A stretch of 61,961 nt of DNA, filler included, from Deltaproteobacteria bacterium (GCA_016283195.1; 5 parts of 5 records of this genome joined end to end with filler, not necessarily neighbours in it); one strand, 5' to 3'; counted from the first letter of the whole stretch, positions 11,201-20,984 are shown. Translations and numbers: made by a program. Notes: generated by a model from the sequence alone, not told the origin.

Positions 11201-12393
11201 ATATTAAGGCCGATGAAGGCTCTACTGTCAAAGCCGGTGACAAACTGGTTGAGTGGGATCCCTTTGCTGTGCCGATTTTGACCGAAGTTTCCGGTAAGAT
11301 TAAATTCGGCGATATTATCGACGGTGTTACCATGCGTGAGCAGGTTGATGATGTCACCGGTCTTTCTCGCCGCGTTATTGTTGAGAGTAAAGATGCCGAT
11401 AGCCGTCCGCGCCTCACAGTGAAAGATTCTGCCGGCAATACCAAAAAGTTGCCCGGTTCCGAAACCGAAGCCCGTTATTATTTGCCGGTTGGTTCCAATA
11501 TCACCGTGGAAGATGGCCAGAGTGTGGAAGCCGGTGATGTTATTGCTAAAATCGCCCGCGAATCCACCAAGACCAAAGATATTACCGGTGGTCTGCCCCG
11601 TGTGGCCGAGCTCTTTGAGGCCCGTAAACCGCGCGACCATGCCATTATCAGCCAAATCGACGGTTTGGTGCAATTCGGCAAAGACGGCAAGGGTAAACGC
11701 AAAGTTATCGTTACTCCGGAAATCGGTGATGCCAAAGAATATCTCATTCCCAAGGGGCGGCATATTACCGTTCATGAAGGCGACCGCATAAAAGCCGGTG
11801 AAGCTTTGATGGATGGCCCGGCTAATCCCCATGATATTTTGCAGGTCTTGGGCGAAAAAGCCCTGGCCAGCTACATGGTTGACGAAGTTCAGGAAGTGTA
11901 TCGTCTACAAGGTGTGCGTATCAATGATAAGCACATCGAGATGATCGTGCGCCAGATGCTTAAGCGCGTGCGCATTAAAGATCCCGGTGATACCACCTTC
12001 CTCGCCGATGACCAAATCGAGAAGAGCGTCTTTGAGAAGGAAAACGATCGGGTGATGCAGGAAGGCGGCCGCCCGGCTATGGCTGAGCCGCTGCTTTTGG
12101 GTATTACCAAAGCCTCGCTCTCTACCGATTCCTTCCTGGCTGCTTCTTCCTTCCAGGAGACCACCAAGGTGCTTACCGAAGCGGCTGTAGCCGGTAAAGT
12201 GGATAGACTGCGCGGCCTTAAGGAAAATATCCTGATGGGTCGTATTATCCCGGCCGGTACCGGTCTCCCCGGTTATCAGCGCTTAAAAGCCATGGTCGAT
12301 CCTGAGCTTTTAAAGGTCGATCCCGAATACTATATGCCGCTTGACGATCAGGAAGAGCAATCGCTTTTGGTGGCCCCCTCTGTTGCCGGCTAA
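8233..12393 (+). CDS. rpoC: DNA-directed RNA polymerase subunit beta'
   Basis: Catalytic NADFDGD, Zn-finger CLCGK/CEKC, trigger loop [11 protein letters not shown] start after AGGAG. Confidence 0.99.
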   Translation: MKDILSVFDKPKEVERFSSIRISLASPEQIRAWSHGEVKKPETINYRTFKPEKEGLFCAKIFGPVKDYECLCGKYKRMKHRGIVCEKCGVEVIQSKVRRERMGHINLATPVAHIWFLKSLPSRIGSMLDLTLKDLEKVLYCEAYIVTEPGATGFARHEIISEEKYRKACEEFGEESFEAGMGGEVIRDLLKEIDVEALATELREKLHESTSDANRKKWAKRLKTVEGFRESHNKPEWMMLEVIPVIPPDLRPLVPLDGGRFATSDLNDLYRRVINRNNRLRRLQELNAPDIIIRNEKRMLQEAVDALFDNGRRGKVITGPNKRPLKSLSDFLKGKQGRFRQNLLGKRVDYSGRSVIVVGPELRLHQCGLPKLMALELFKPFIYQKLEERGYVTTIKSAKNMVEKEKTEVWDILEDVIREHPVMLNRAPTLHRLGIQAFEPKLIEGKAIQLHPLVCTAFNADFDGDQMAVHVPLSIEAQLEARVLMMSTNNILGPANGRPIIVPTQDIVLGCYYMTRERPFVKGEGMIFSNMRAVEAAYDQGAVDLHAKIKVRHEGKLVDTTVGRCIIYGVMPEKLPFSLVNRNMDKKALTNLFDTAYRLTGEKDTVLLADAIRTTGYNYATKAGISICVSNMEIPSRKAAIIKDARRRVQEIEDQYAEGFITDGERYNKVIDIWGRVSEELEVVLMKQIGTDELKGENGEVKQVPSFNPIYVMADSGARGSTQQIKQLAGMRGLMVKPSGEILETPITSNFREGLSVLEYFISTHGARKGLADTALKTDNSGYLTRRLVDVAQDNIVTEYDCGTLDGIEISALVESGEVIEPLGDRILGRVALEDIVDPNTDAVIVKAGEEIDEAKVDAITATSIRSVKIRSVLTCQAKRGVCVECYGRDLARGRKVSIGEAVGTMAAQSIGEPGTQLTMRTFHIGGIAAGKAAQSSIESRDGGTVRFENLRVVRKSDGQIVAMNRNGEILVMDQGGRERERYAVNYGAYIKADEGSTVKAGDKLVEWDPFAVPILTEVSGKIKFGDIIDGVTMREQVDDVTGLSRRVIVESKDADSRPRLTVKDSAGNTKKLPGSETEARYYLPVGSNITVEDGQSVEAGDVIAKIARESTKTKDITGGLPRVAELFEARKPRDHAIISQIDGLVQFGKDGKGKRKVIVTPEIGDAKEYLIPKGRHITVHEGDRIKAGEALMDGPANPHDILQVLGEKALASYMVDEVQEVYRLQGVRINDKHIEMIVRQMLKRVRIKDPGDTTFLADDQIEKSVFEKENDRVMQEGGRPAMAEPLLLGITKASLSTDSFLAASSFQETTKVLTEAAVAGKVDRLRGLKENILMGRIIPAGTGLPGYQRLKAMVDPELLKVDPEYYMPLDDQEEQSLLVAPSVAG

Positions 12394-12427
12394 AGCTATA
12401 AACTTTACTTTCTGATTATACCTGCTC

Positions 12428-13190
12428 ATGACTGGGAAAACTCGCTCCTCATATAAGCCGCCGTTTACGGTTAGTGCCGAAGCTATTAATCTTATAGCCG
12501 CTATCTCCGGACAGATAGAGCGTTATGCTATTCGCCTAGAACAAGAAGATGGTTTGCGCCTGCGTAAAGCTAATCGCATTAAAACCATTCATTCCTCGCT
12601 GGCTATCGAGGGCAATACTTTAAGCGAAGAAGAAGTGCGGGATATTATCGACGGCAAAACCGTGGTGGCCCCTATAAGGCAGATTCAGGAAGTGAAGAAT
12701 GCCATTAAGACCTATGAGCTGTATTCAACTCTGGACGCTTTTAAGGAAAAAGATTTGTTAAAAGCTCATGGAGTGATGATGCAGGCTTTACTTGATGACG
12801 CCGGCCGCTATCGGCGCGGCGGAGTGGGAGTTTTTGGTAAAGAGGGCATAGTTCATTTGGCACCGCCGGCTGATAGGGTGCCGTTTTTGATGAATGATCT
12901 TTTCGCCTGGTTAAAAAATTCCAAAGACCACCTCTTAATTCGCTCCTGTGTTTTTCACTATGAATTTGAATTTATCCACCCTTTTATTGATGGTAACGGG
13001 CGGACAGGGCGGCTTTGGCAATCGCTGATTCTCGGTAATCTGCACCCTCTTTTTGAGCATTTGCCGGTGGAGAATATGGTTTATGCCAATCAGCGGGCTT
13101 ATTACGAGGCGATTAACAGCAGCACAAATGCCGGTGAGTCGGGGCCTTTTATTGATTTTATGCTCAGCGAAATATATAAAACGCTAAAAG
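12428..13190 (+). CDS. Fic-domain protein (class II, N-terminal inhibitory helix), 3' truncated by gap
   Basis: Fic motif HPFIDGNGRTGR and inhibitory (S/T)xxxE(G/N) motif SLAIEGN. Confidence 0.92.
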
Positions 13191-13290
13191 NNNNNNNNNN
13201 NNNNNNNNNNNNNNNNNNNNNNNNNNNNNNNNNNTTAATTAATTAANNNNNNNNNNNNNNNNNNNNNNNNNNNNNNNNNNNNNNNNNNNN
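13191..13290. other. Artificial contig spacer
   Basis: 44 N + TTAATTAATTAA (stops in six frames) + 44 N. Confidence 0.98.
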
Positions 13291-13501
13291 AACTCCGCGG
13301 GCCTTTACCGAATACTGGACTTTTATCCGCACTAAAGATTTTAGCGAAAAGGCTTATAATTCCGCCGAATGTCCAAACTGCGGTGCGCCGGTTAAGCTGA
13401 ACCAGGCCGGTAAGTGTGAATACTGCGGCACCGTTGTTACAAGCGGCAATTTCGATTGGGTCTTGAGCCGCATTGAGCAGGACGAGTCGTACGTTGGGTG
13501 A
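13291..13501 (+). CDS. C-terminal fragment of a Tim44-like protein with zinc ribbon (absent from ORF track)
   Basis: Manual translation from 13292: ..FTEYWTFIR..CPNCGAP..GKCEYCG..FDWVLSRIEQDESYVG*. Confidence 0.7.
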
Positions 13502-13523
13502 GAACGGGGATACGGTTTAGCTG

Positions 13524-14216
13524 ATGAATATTTTTATAGAAAAAATCAAGGAAAACCCTAAACGCTCCCTCTATTTCTATAAGGAGCCGGTGCCCTATGA
13601 GTGGGCCTTTCAGGCCATGAAAGAGTGTGCCGACTTTTTGCAAGGAAGTAGCGAGAAGGGCCAGGGAATTATTGCCATTTTAGAGCATGAGCCTGTTTTT
13701 ACTTTGGGCAAAAAGGGTGATTCTGCGCACCTTTTGGCGCCGGTACTGGCCCAAAAAGCGGGCATTCCGCTGGTGCGCACCGATCGCGGCGGCGATATTA
13801 CTTACCACGGCCCGGGGCAGATTGTGGCCTACCCCATCATCAATATGGGCGCCAAATATATTGATATTGCCCGCTGGGTTTTTCATCTGGAGGAGGCTAT
13901 GCGGCGCACTAGCGCCCATTTTGGCCTTAGCTGCGCCCGGGTGGAGGACCGTCCGGGCCTTTTTGTGGGGCAAAATAGGAAGATTGGCCAAGTGGGCATT
14001 CGCATCCATGAAGGAGTGAGTTACCACGGCCTCTCCTTTAATGTGGCGCCAAATTTAGAGCACTTTTCCTACATTATGCCCTGCGGTCTCTTAGGTGTTT
14101 CCACCACTAGCCTAGAAAAAGAGCTGGGAAAAGCGCCGGATATGGCGGCGGTAAAGGCAATTTTAGGAAAAACGCTACAGGAAGAAATAGATGATTTTTT
14201 TGATAAAAGCAGCTAA
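13524..14216 (+). CDS. lipB: Lipoyl(octanoyl) transferase
   Basis: EHEPVFTLG, RGGDITYHGPGQ, RKIGQVG, HGLSFN, IMPCG. Confidence 0.95.
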   Translation: MNIFIEKIKENPKRSLYFYKEPVPYEWAFQAMKECADFLQGSSEKGQGIIAILEHEPVFTLGKKGDSAHLLAPVLAQKAGIPLVRTDRGGDITYHGPGQIVAYPIINMGAKYIDIARWVFHLEEAMRRTSAHFGLSCARVEDRPGLFVGQNRKIGQVGIRIHEGVSYHGLSFNVAPNLEHFSYIMPCGLLGVSTTSLEKELGKAPDMAAVKAILGKTLQEEIDDFFDKSS

Positions 14217-14240
14217 TTATTGATGCTTGTTTTAGGTTAA

Positions 14241-14441
14241 TCAGGCGATGCGGCTCAAAACTTCTTCTAAGGGATTAGCCGCCAAAAAGCGGGAATAAAA
14301 GGCTTCAACCTCTTCTTTGCTGAAAACGGTTTTCATGAGATTATCATACTCGGTAAAATCCCCGCCGGCACTCTTTTGGTCTCGGCGCTCCAGTGGGGAA
14401 ACTTGGCGGTTTTCTTCGGTATTTTGCTCTTCTTGCACCAT
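14241..14441 (-). CDS. Small hypothetical protein (66 aa)
   Basis: ORF with AAGGA RBS, last gene of the pssA run on the minus strand. Confidence 0.55.
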   Translation of the reverse strand: MVQEEQNTEENRQVSPLERRDQKSAGGDFTEYDNLMKTVFSKEEVEAFYSRFLAANPLEEVLSRIA

Positions 14442-14453
14442 GGCGCTTCCTTA

Positions 14454-15233
14454 TTAATCAAAATCTTTACAGCAGCGGAAGGTGCGATCGGGAGTATGCT
14501 CATTGGGGTCGCGGTGGGCAGTGGAATCCACACACTTTAGAGCTTCCCGATTTGAGGCATAAGAGCCGCCGCGCACCAAACGATGGTTAAGTACCGCACT
14601 ATCTGGTAACTCTTCTACCGCTGTTGCGATCCATTCTTCGCCGTTGCCGCTAAGGTCGTAAAGCCCTAAAGCGCTCCGGCAGCTCTTAAAAGTACCACTA
14701 CTCGCCATTGGGTCAAAATTTTCGCTATTTTTATGCGCGGCGTAGTAATAATTATCATTGCACTTTTCTTCTGTAAATTCGTTGCCGTAAGGGTAATTGG
14801 TTACGGCAGCGCCCCTGCAGGCGTATTCCCATTCTTCTTTAGTACAAAGGCGGGCGCCGCTATTGGTACAGGCAGCTTGGGCTTGATACCAGCTCACATC
14901 GGTGAGCGGTTTTTTACCGGCTAAGCTACCCACTATAGCTTTAGTGGAAGAGTCGCCCTCCAAAGAGGTGGGGTCGTTATTTTGTTTGCTATTGCCGAGG
15001 GCGCCGGAGATAAGAAAGGCCTCATAGCGGTCGATACAATATGTCTCACCTTTGCTGCCGGTGATTTTTACCATTTCGCTATCTTTACGGTTTGTTACGC
15101 AAAGAGGAATGTTTTTATCCTCTGTGTTTTGCTTGTTTTCTTCTTCCTCTTGGCCCGGTTTGGTGCCGCAAGCAGAGATTATAGCGCTCATTAAGAGAGC
15201 ACTGCTTAATATTGCCGGTAGCGAATTTTTCAT
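14454..15233 (-). CDS. Formylglycine-generating-enzyme (FGE/SUMF1)-like domain lipoprotein
   Basis: Lipobox IISAC; CIDRYE, VSWYQAQAAC..GARLCTKEEWEYACRG, GLYDLSGN..EW, RGGSY, FRCC. Confidence 0.85.
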   Translation of the reverse strand: MKNSLPAILSSALLMSAIISACGTKPGQEEEENKQNTEDKNIPLCVTNRKDSEMVKITGSKGETYCIDRYEAFLISGALGNSKQNNDPTSLEGDSSTKAIVGSLAGKKPLTDVSWYQAQAACTNSGARLCTKEEWEYACRGAAVTNYPYGNEFTEEKCNDNYYYAAHKNSENFDPMASSGTFKSCRSALGLYDLSGNGEEWIATAVEELPDSAVLNHRLVRGGSYASNREALKCVDSTAHRDPNEHTPDRTFRCCKDFD

Positions 15234-15278
15234 TAGTTTCTCCAAGTAACCAAGAACCATAACAGAGATGAGTTTACC

Positions 15279-17036
15279 TTAAGTACGCACTTTGCGCCAA
15301 TAGGTGAAAAGCAGCATCATGAGGAAGGGGAGGAAGGCTACCGTGCCGCCGCTGTTGCAACCGCCGCCGCCTTCCATTCTAAGGCTGTATTTTTGCCAAA
15401 ATGGCGGCTCAGCCGGCTTTTCTTCTTCCGGTTTATCATTATGACAGATAAAAGCGGCATCGTGGGCAACGGTGACTTTGCTGCTCTCAAGATTAAAATC
15501 ACCGCCTTCATAAGAAACTGTGCTCATAAGGCTGAAGGGCTTTTCCATAGCTGCGCAATTAGGGGTAATTTTAAAAGTTATCTGGGCGACTTTACCTACC
15601 GGCACGCTAATATTTTTAACATCTATTAGGCCGTAGCCTTTACCGCCGCCTGGCTTGGAATTGTCAGTAGCCCCTTCCGGTAAACTAATTATTTCATAGC
15701 TTTTTACTGTTTCTGGCAAGACGAGAGAAAAAGAAGCCAGGCCGTCTAAATTACCGGTATTAGAGAGCTTAGCTACATAAGTGGCCGGAGCAAGAGCGGG
15801 AATTTCACTCGCTCCGTCTAAAAGTTCCAATGTGCTGTCATACTCCAAAACAGGGCTGAAAACACCTATGCCCACGGCCACAGTACCTAAAACCACTAAA
15901 TCAGATCCTGTGGAGAGAGTAATATTTAAATCCTGTACACCACTACTTAAGCTGTCTGTTATATTAAATTCGTCAATATCTACTCCGGCAACATTGCTGA
16001 TAGAGGCGCTGTTAATGGTGCCGTTATAGGGATTGCCCTTGGGATTCAGAGCGTCGGTGAGCAAAATTTTGCCGCCTCCGCCCTTTACGGCTATGTATTC
16101 ATCGGTTACCGATTCTAAGCTGGTGTCGCCTTCCATAATATAGTAGGCGAGTTTGCCGGAAGGCGGATCGTCCACACCGAGATCTTTAATGGAAATATTG
16201 GCTTTTTTTGAAGAAATACCAACCATGCCTTCATATAAGGAAACTCTTCTAAGCCGCCAATCGTTTTCTTTTAGAACAAGAAAGAGAGAAAAAGAGGCGG
16301 TGGCGTTAGTGTGCACTTTGGACATCGAGGAGCAGGTTTCTCCGCCGGAGCAGAGCGCTTCGCGGCCGTTGCAAATATCAGCGGTGAGACCGCGCAGTGA
16401 GTAGGTGCCGGAAAAAGAGGCCAGCTCTTTTTTGAGGAGCTCAGTTACATCGGCCCTAGCTAAAAAGAAGGCTACATTGCCTCTTTCTTCGCCATCGGAC
16501 TTATAATAGGCGTAAGTGGAAATATCTTCATCTTTGGCGGTGATTTTGTGCCAATTGCTACTACCTGGTAAACTAAGCTCCACTTCGTGATCGGCATTTT
16601 TTTTAGCGGCGGCCAAAATAATGGGGCGCATATCTTCATTATCGGCCCGGCAATTATTGACGCCGTTTACCAAATCATTGCATGGCAAATCTATAGTATT
16701 AAAGAGGTCGTCTTCATGTATATAATCGTCATCATCGGAAAAGAGCGAACCGGCCCAGTAGAGATAGGCGGCTACTACTTCCGGGCGCTCATTTTCGGCA
16801 AAAGGCGGAATGGTGAGACTGGCTTCATCTAAAAGGCAAGAGGCGCCGTTTAAAAGACCGCCGGTTTCGGTAAAAGAGGCGCCGCTGGTGAAAAAATCAA
16901 GCGGGCCAAAATAATTTTTAAAGAGATTAAAGGATAAATCATCGGCTGCACTGGCCTTTGTCGCCGGGGTAAGAGCCACTAAAAGAGTAAACAAAGTGGC
17001 AAAGTTAGCTGTTTTTAGCCAATTAATTATTTTCAC
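15279..17036 (-). CDS. Secreted surface protein with C-terminal GGGC-TM-basic sorting signal (MYXO-CTERM-like)
   Basis: Signal peptide ..KASA; AYLYWAG/ADVT/EGD/GVDIDEF motifs; DUF11-like SNTG..; ends GGGGCNSGGTVAFLPFLMMLLFTYWRKVRT. Confidence 0.75.
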   Translation of the reverse strand: MKIINWLKTANFATLFTLLVALTPATKASAADDLSFNLFKNYFGPLDFFTSGASFTETGGLLNGASCLLDEASLTIPPFAENERPEVVAAYLYWAGSLFSDDDDYIHEDDLFNTIDLPCNDLVNGVNNCRADNEDMRPIILAAAKKNADHEVELSLPGSSNWHKITAKDEDISTYAYYKSDGEERGNVAFFLARADVTELLKKELASFSGTYSLRGLTADICNGREALCSGGETCSSMSKVHTNATASFSLFLVLKENDWRLRRVSLYEGMVGISSKKANISIKDLGVDDPPSGKLAYYIMEGDTSLESVTDEYIAVKGGGGKILLTDALNPKGNPYNGTINSASISNVAGVDIDEFNITDSLSSGVQDLNITLSTGSDLVVLGTVAVGIGVFSPVLEYDSTLELLDGASEIPALAPATYVAKLSNTGNLDGLASFSLVLPETVKSYEIISLPEGATDNSKPGGGKGYGLIDVKNISVPVGKVAQITFKITPNCAAMEKPFSLMSTVSYEGGDFNLESSKVTVAHDAAFICHNDKPEEEKPAEPPFWQKYSLRMEGGGGCNSGGTVAFLPFLMMLLFTYWRKVRT

Positions 17037-17892
17037 CGGCGGTTCCTTCTGCCTGAGTCGCGTTAGCTTCTTTAGCCGCTGCTTCTTGTTTGCGGGCTTC
17101 CTGCCGCTCCAAACGCCGTCTCTTATAATAAACCATTTCTTCTAAAAGGCCCATGGCAAAATATGAAGAAACCATGGTGAAAACGGCTGTTGCCACGCCT
17201 TTTAAGAGGCAGAGGGTGACACAAATGGCCACCAGGAGCAAAAGCCCAAAGGCCACTTTGGGGCTGGGGCGCAGGTTTTTAAAGGTGCGATAGCGCACGC
17301 TGGAGACCATCAGCAGGGAGACAGCCAGGACAATAAGGGCGACAGAGCGCGGTGATTCCACTGTGCCCCCCCAATATGATTGGTGGAAAATTACCATCGA
17401 GACCACCATGGTGGCGGCTCCCGGGATAGGCATACCCACAAAATAATTGCTGGGGCTGGAATGGTGTTGGGCCAGAACATTAAAACGGGCCAGACGAATA
17501 GCGCCGCAAGCCACATAAGCAAAAGCGGCCAAAACGCCCCAAATACCCAGCTCTGAAAGCCCCCAGCGGTAAACCATCAGCCCCGGAGCTACGCCAAAGG
17601 AGATGACATCGGCGAGGGAGTCCATCTCGACGCCAAAAGCGCTCTGGGTTTTGGTCATGCGGGCCACGCGGCCATCGAACATATCAAAAAAGGCGGCCAT
17701 AAAAATGGCGAGAGCGCAAATTTTAAAGGTATCGGCGGTTAATGGGGCACTTAAAAGCGTTATGGCATAAAAACCGCAAGCTACGCTGGAAAGAGTAAAG
17801 AGGTTGGGCAGAACAAAAAGGGCTTTACCTAAATTTAAATGCAATACGCGCCTTTTTTTCGGCGCTTTATTTTTTATTTGTTTTTTATCCAT
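17023..17892 (-). CDS. pssA: CDP-diacylglycerol--serine O-phosphatidyltransferase
   Basis: LPNLFT; CDP-alcohol motif DMFDGRVAR...FGVEMDSLADVISFGVAP; RLARFN; GMPIP. Confidence 0.93.
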   Translation of the reverse strand: MDKKQIKNKAPKKRRVLHLNLGKALFVLPNLFTLSSVACGFYAITLLSAPLTADTFKICALAIFMAAFFDMFDGRVARMTKTQSAFGVEMDSLADVISFGVAPGLMVYRWGLSELGIWGVLAAFAYVACGAIRLARFNVLAQHHSSPSNYFVGMPIPGAATMVVSMVIFHQSYWGGTVESPRSVALIVLAVSLLMVSSVRYRTFKNLRPSPKVAFGLLLLVAICVTLCLLKGVATAVFTMVSSYFAMGLLEEMVYYKRRRLERQEARKQEAAAKEANATQAEGTAGENN

Positions 17893-17945
17893 TTATCAGC
17901 CTCGTAATAAAGCCTGGTTAGCTTACTTCTAACCTGTGGCCAGAG

Positions 17946-17974
17946 ATTCTACACTTTGTCGGCACCTTTTTCAA
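17946..17974 (-). promoter_or_regulatory. sigma70-type promoter for pssA
   Basis: Minus strand TTGAAA-17 nt-TAGAAT, about 55 nt upstream of the ATG. Confidence 0.6.
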
Positions 17975-18171
17975 GCGCCATATATAGTGTGATGCAGCAA
18001 AATATAGAGCGACGGTTTTAAAAAGATTTGAATTGTAAAAGTTTTGTAAAACTATGGAATTATACAATTATTTTACAATTGCAAACTTGAAATGAGGGCT
18101 TTTTGTCCATACTCTTTAAAGGTTGCCGCAGCTGTGTTGCAGGCAAAAACGCTATTTGAAGGAGCTAGGTT

Positions 18172-20682
18172 ATGGAAATAGAACTAAAAAATAAATTAGC
18201 CCTGGTGAGTAATGAAGGCTCTTTTACTTATAGGGAACTTTTTGGCCTGAGTGACCTTTTGGCGCAAAACTTTCCCGGAGGCGGAGCGAAAATAGCTATT
18301 TTCAGTGAGAACAGCGCTTTTTGGCTGATGGCGCTCTACGGAGCCTGGCGGGCAGGCAATGTGCCGGTGCCGGTTGATTATCTGGCCACTGCCGAAGAGC
18401 TGGCTTATATGCTGGACGATGCCGCCCCGGCGCTTATTTGCTGCTCCGACAAAACCCGTGAAGTGGCAGAAAAAGCCTGTAATATGGCTAAAGTTGACTG
18501 CCGCATTTTTAATTTGTCCGCTTTTAAATTGCCCGCTGAATTTCCCAAAGCAGCCGAGGGGCTTTGCCGCGCCGATGATGAGGATGCCCTCCTGCTTTAT
18601 ACTTCCGGCACTACCGGCTCGCCCAAAGGTGTGCCGCTCACTTTTAGAAATATAAAGTCCAATATAGATGCGGTTTGCGGCCGGCCGATTATCGCTTTTA
18701 ACGGCGAAACGGTGATGGGGGTGCCCATTTACGATGAAGATACCCGCTGCCTTATTTTGTTGCCTCTTCACCACATATTGCCCCTTTTGGGTACCGGGGT
18801 TATGCCCCTTTATAATGGCGGCACGCTCTATATCTGCCCCTCGCTTTCCGGTGACGATATTCGTTATATAATGAATACTTATCACATTACTCACATGGTT
18901 GGTGTGCCGCGGCTCTACTCGGTGATTTGCCAAGGTATTAAAAATATTGTCATGAGTAAAGCGCCGACCAGAGCGCTCTATCACCTCTCCAGAAAGGTGG
19001 ATTCCCTAAAATTTTCCCGGACTATATTTAAAGCTGTGCAAAATAAATTTGGCGGCGCTTTAAAATACTGTGTTTGCGGCGGTGCGGCTTTGGATCCGGA
19101 AACAGCGCGCGACCTTAGGGCCTTTGGTTTTGAGCTTTTGGAAGGTTTTGGTATGACCGAAGCCTCGCCGATGATCTCCTTTACCCGCCCGGGGCGCACT
19201 AAAATCGGCACGGCCGGGGAGATTGTTCCCGGCGTGGAAGTAAAAACCATTGACGGCGAGCTGGTGGCGCGCGGCGCCAATATTATGGCCGGCTATTACA
19301 ATCGCCCGGAAGAGACGGCCGAAATAATTAAAGACGGCTGGCTGCATACCGGCGATTTGGGCTTTGTCGATGAAGCTGGTTATGTCACCATCACCGGTAG
19401 ATCCAAAGAAATTATTGTTCTGCCTAACGGCAAAAATATTAACCCGCTGGAAATAGAAGAAAAACTGGAGAGCTTTACTCCTTTCCTGGCTGAAACGGCC
19501 GTATTGCTGCACGGCGGCCAGTTGCACGCCATTTTGGTGCCCAATGAAAAAGCCCTTGCCGCTGCCGGAATTGTCAATATCGAAGAAGCTATATGCAGCC
19601 AAATTATCGACCCTTATAACCGCCAGGCTTCACCGGCCAAGAGACTCATGGGCTATTCCATTTGCCATTTGGAGTTGCCGCGCACCAGAATGGGCAAATT
19701 GCGCCGCTTCCAACTGGAAGAAATTCTTAATAAAACTATGGCCGGTGAGCGCGAATCGGAAAACGGCGATGTGGAAAATGTTTCGCCGGCCGGGCAAACT
19801 TTAATCAATTATTTAACAAAAATAACCGGGATAAAAGTGCGCCTGAATCACCATCTTGAGCTAAATCTTGGGCTTGATTCTTTGGATAAAGTTACCCTTC
19901 TCGCCTTTATAGAAGATACCTATGGCCTGAAGATGAGCGAGCAGCAACTGGCGGAATATGCCCATATCGGTGACCTCCTCGCTTTTATTGAAAAAAATAT
20001 GACCCAGCTTAGTGCCCATGAAGAGGATTGGCACACTCTCTTGCAAAAGGGCGAAAATCTGCCCATGCCCAGAAGCAGTTTTATGCACTCGTTTTTAAAG
20101 AGCCTGGCTGCTTTAACTGCGCGTATTTGTTTCCGTTTAAAACTTTCAGGCCAGGAGAATCTGCCGCAAGATCCGGTGATTATCGCCGCCAACCACCAGA
20201 GCTATGCCGACGGGCTCCTGCTCTCCATGCTGATGGATCGCCGCACCTTCAAACGCACGGTGATTATTGCCAAAGAAAAGCATTTTAATTTGAAATTTTT
20301 GAAGTTTTTGGCCAGACGCTGCAATATTATTCTCATGGATATTAATTCCAATGTCAAAGAGTCCATGCAAAAGATGGCCCAGGCCCTTAAAAAGGGTTAC
20401 AACGTGATAATTTTCCCGGAAGGCACGCGCTCCAGTGATGGGCAAGTGGCTAATTTTAAACGTAGTTTTGCTATCGTGAGCTCCGAGCTTGAAGTGCCTG
20501 TAGTGCCGGCGGTTATTGACGGCGCCTCTAAAGCTATCCCCAAAGGGCGCATTTTGCCCCGCCTCTTTTCAAAAATATCAGTGCGCTTTTTGCCGCCCGT
20601 TGCCGGTAACGAAAAAGATTATCAAAAACTTACCCATGAAGTGCAGGAAGAAATAGAATCGGCTTTAAAGAAAGCGGCTTGA
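18172..20682 (+). CDS. Long-chain acyl-CoA/ACP synthetase + carrier (PP-binding) + PlsC-type acyltransferase fusion
   Basis: YTSGTTGSPKG, GFGMTE, WLHTGD (AMP-binding); LGLDSL (phosphopantetheine Ser); NHQSYAD and FPEGTRS (LPLAT). Confidence 0.92.
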   Translation: MEIELKNKLALVSNEGSFTYRELFGLSDLLAQNFPGGGAKIAIFSENSAFWLMALYGAWRAGNVPVPVDYLATAEELAYMLDDAAPALICCSDKTREVAEKACNMAKVDCRIFNLSAFKLPAEFPKAAEGLCRADDEDALLLYTSGTTGSPKGVPLTFRNIKSNIDAVCGRPIIAFNGETVMGVPIYDEDTRCLILLPLHHILPLLGTGVMPLYNGGTLYICPSLSGDDIRYIMNTYHITHMVGVPRLYSVICQGIKNIVMSKAPTRALYHLSRKVDSLKFSRTIFKAVQNKFGGALKYCVCGGAALDPETARDLRAFGFELLEGFGMTEASPMISFTRPGRTKIGTAGEIVPGVEVKTIDGELVARGANIMAGYYNRPEETAEIIKDGWLHTGDLGFVDEAGYVTITGRSKEIIVLPNGKNINPLEIEEKLESFTPFLAETAVLLHGGQLHAILVPNEKALAAAGIVNIEEAICSQIIDPYNRQASPAKRLMGYSICHLELPRTRMGKLRRFQLEEILNKTMAGERESENGDVENVSPAGQTLINYLTKITGIKVRLNHHLELNLGLDSLDKVTLLAFIEDTYGLKMSEQQLAEYAHIGDLLAFIEKNMTQLSAHEEDWHTLLQKGENLPMPRSSFMHSFLKSLAALTARICFRLKLSGQENLPQDPVIIAANHQSYADGLLLSMLMDRRTFKRTVIIAKEKHFNLKFLKFLARRCNIILMDINSNVKESMQKMAQALKKGYNVIIFPEGTRSSDGQVANFKRSFAIVSSELEVPVVPAVIDGASKAIPKGRILPRLFSKISVRFLPPVAGNEKDYQKLTHEVQEEIESALKKAA

Positions 20683-20690
20683 AAGTTTAT

Positions 20691-20984
20691 TTAGGCGCTT
20701 TTTTTGGCTTCGCCGGCCGGGGCTGCTGCTGCTTTTTTTACATCACTTTCGCTTAAATGCTCAGTTACTTCGCCGCCGCTCTTATTTTCGGCATGGCGGC
20801 TTTTGGGCGGATTATCGGTGGCATACCAGCCGGTGCCTTTTAAAATAAAAGAGGTGTGGCTCACCAGGCGGTGAGTATCGGGAGAGCCGCACTTGGGGCA
20901 GGTGGCCTGGGGCTCGGCGGTAATCTTTTGAATTTCTTCAAAAACATTCTCACATTTATTGCAACGATATTCATAGATAGGCAT
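20691..20984 (-). CDS. FmdB-family zinc-ribbon protein
   Basis: MPIYEYRCNKC...CPKCG...FILKGTGWYATD; RBS GGAGGA. Confidence 0.9.
   Translation of the reverse strand: MPIYEYRCNKCENVFEEIQKITAEPQATCPKCGSPDTHRLVSHTSFILKGTGWYATDNPPKSRHAENKSGGEVTEHLSESDVKKAAAAPAGEAKKSA

Noticed and set aside
9502-11832. 776-aa ORF antisense to rpoC, and other long antisense ORFs
   Set aside because: Shadow frames of strongly codon-biased genes; no recognisable motifs.
13235-13246. TTAATTAATTAA palindrome recurring four times
   Set aside because: Always centred in identical N-runs; an assembly linker, not a biological repeat. The ORF-track entries ending in X..LIN are artefacts.
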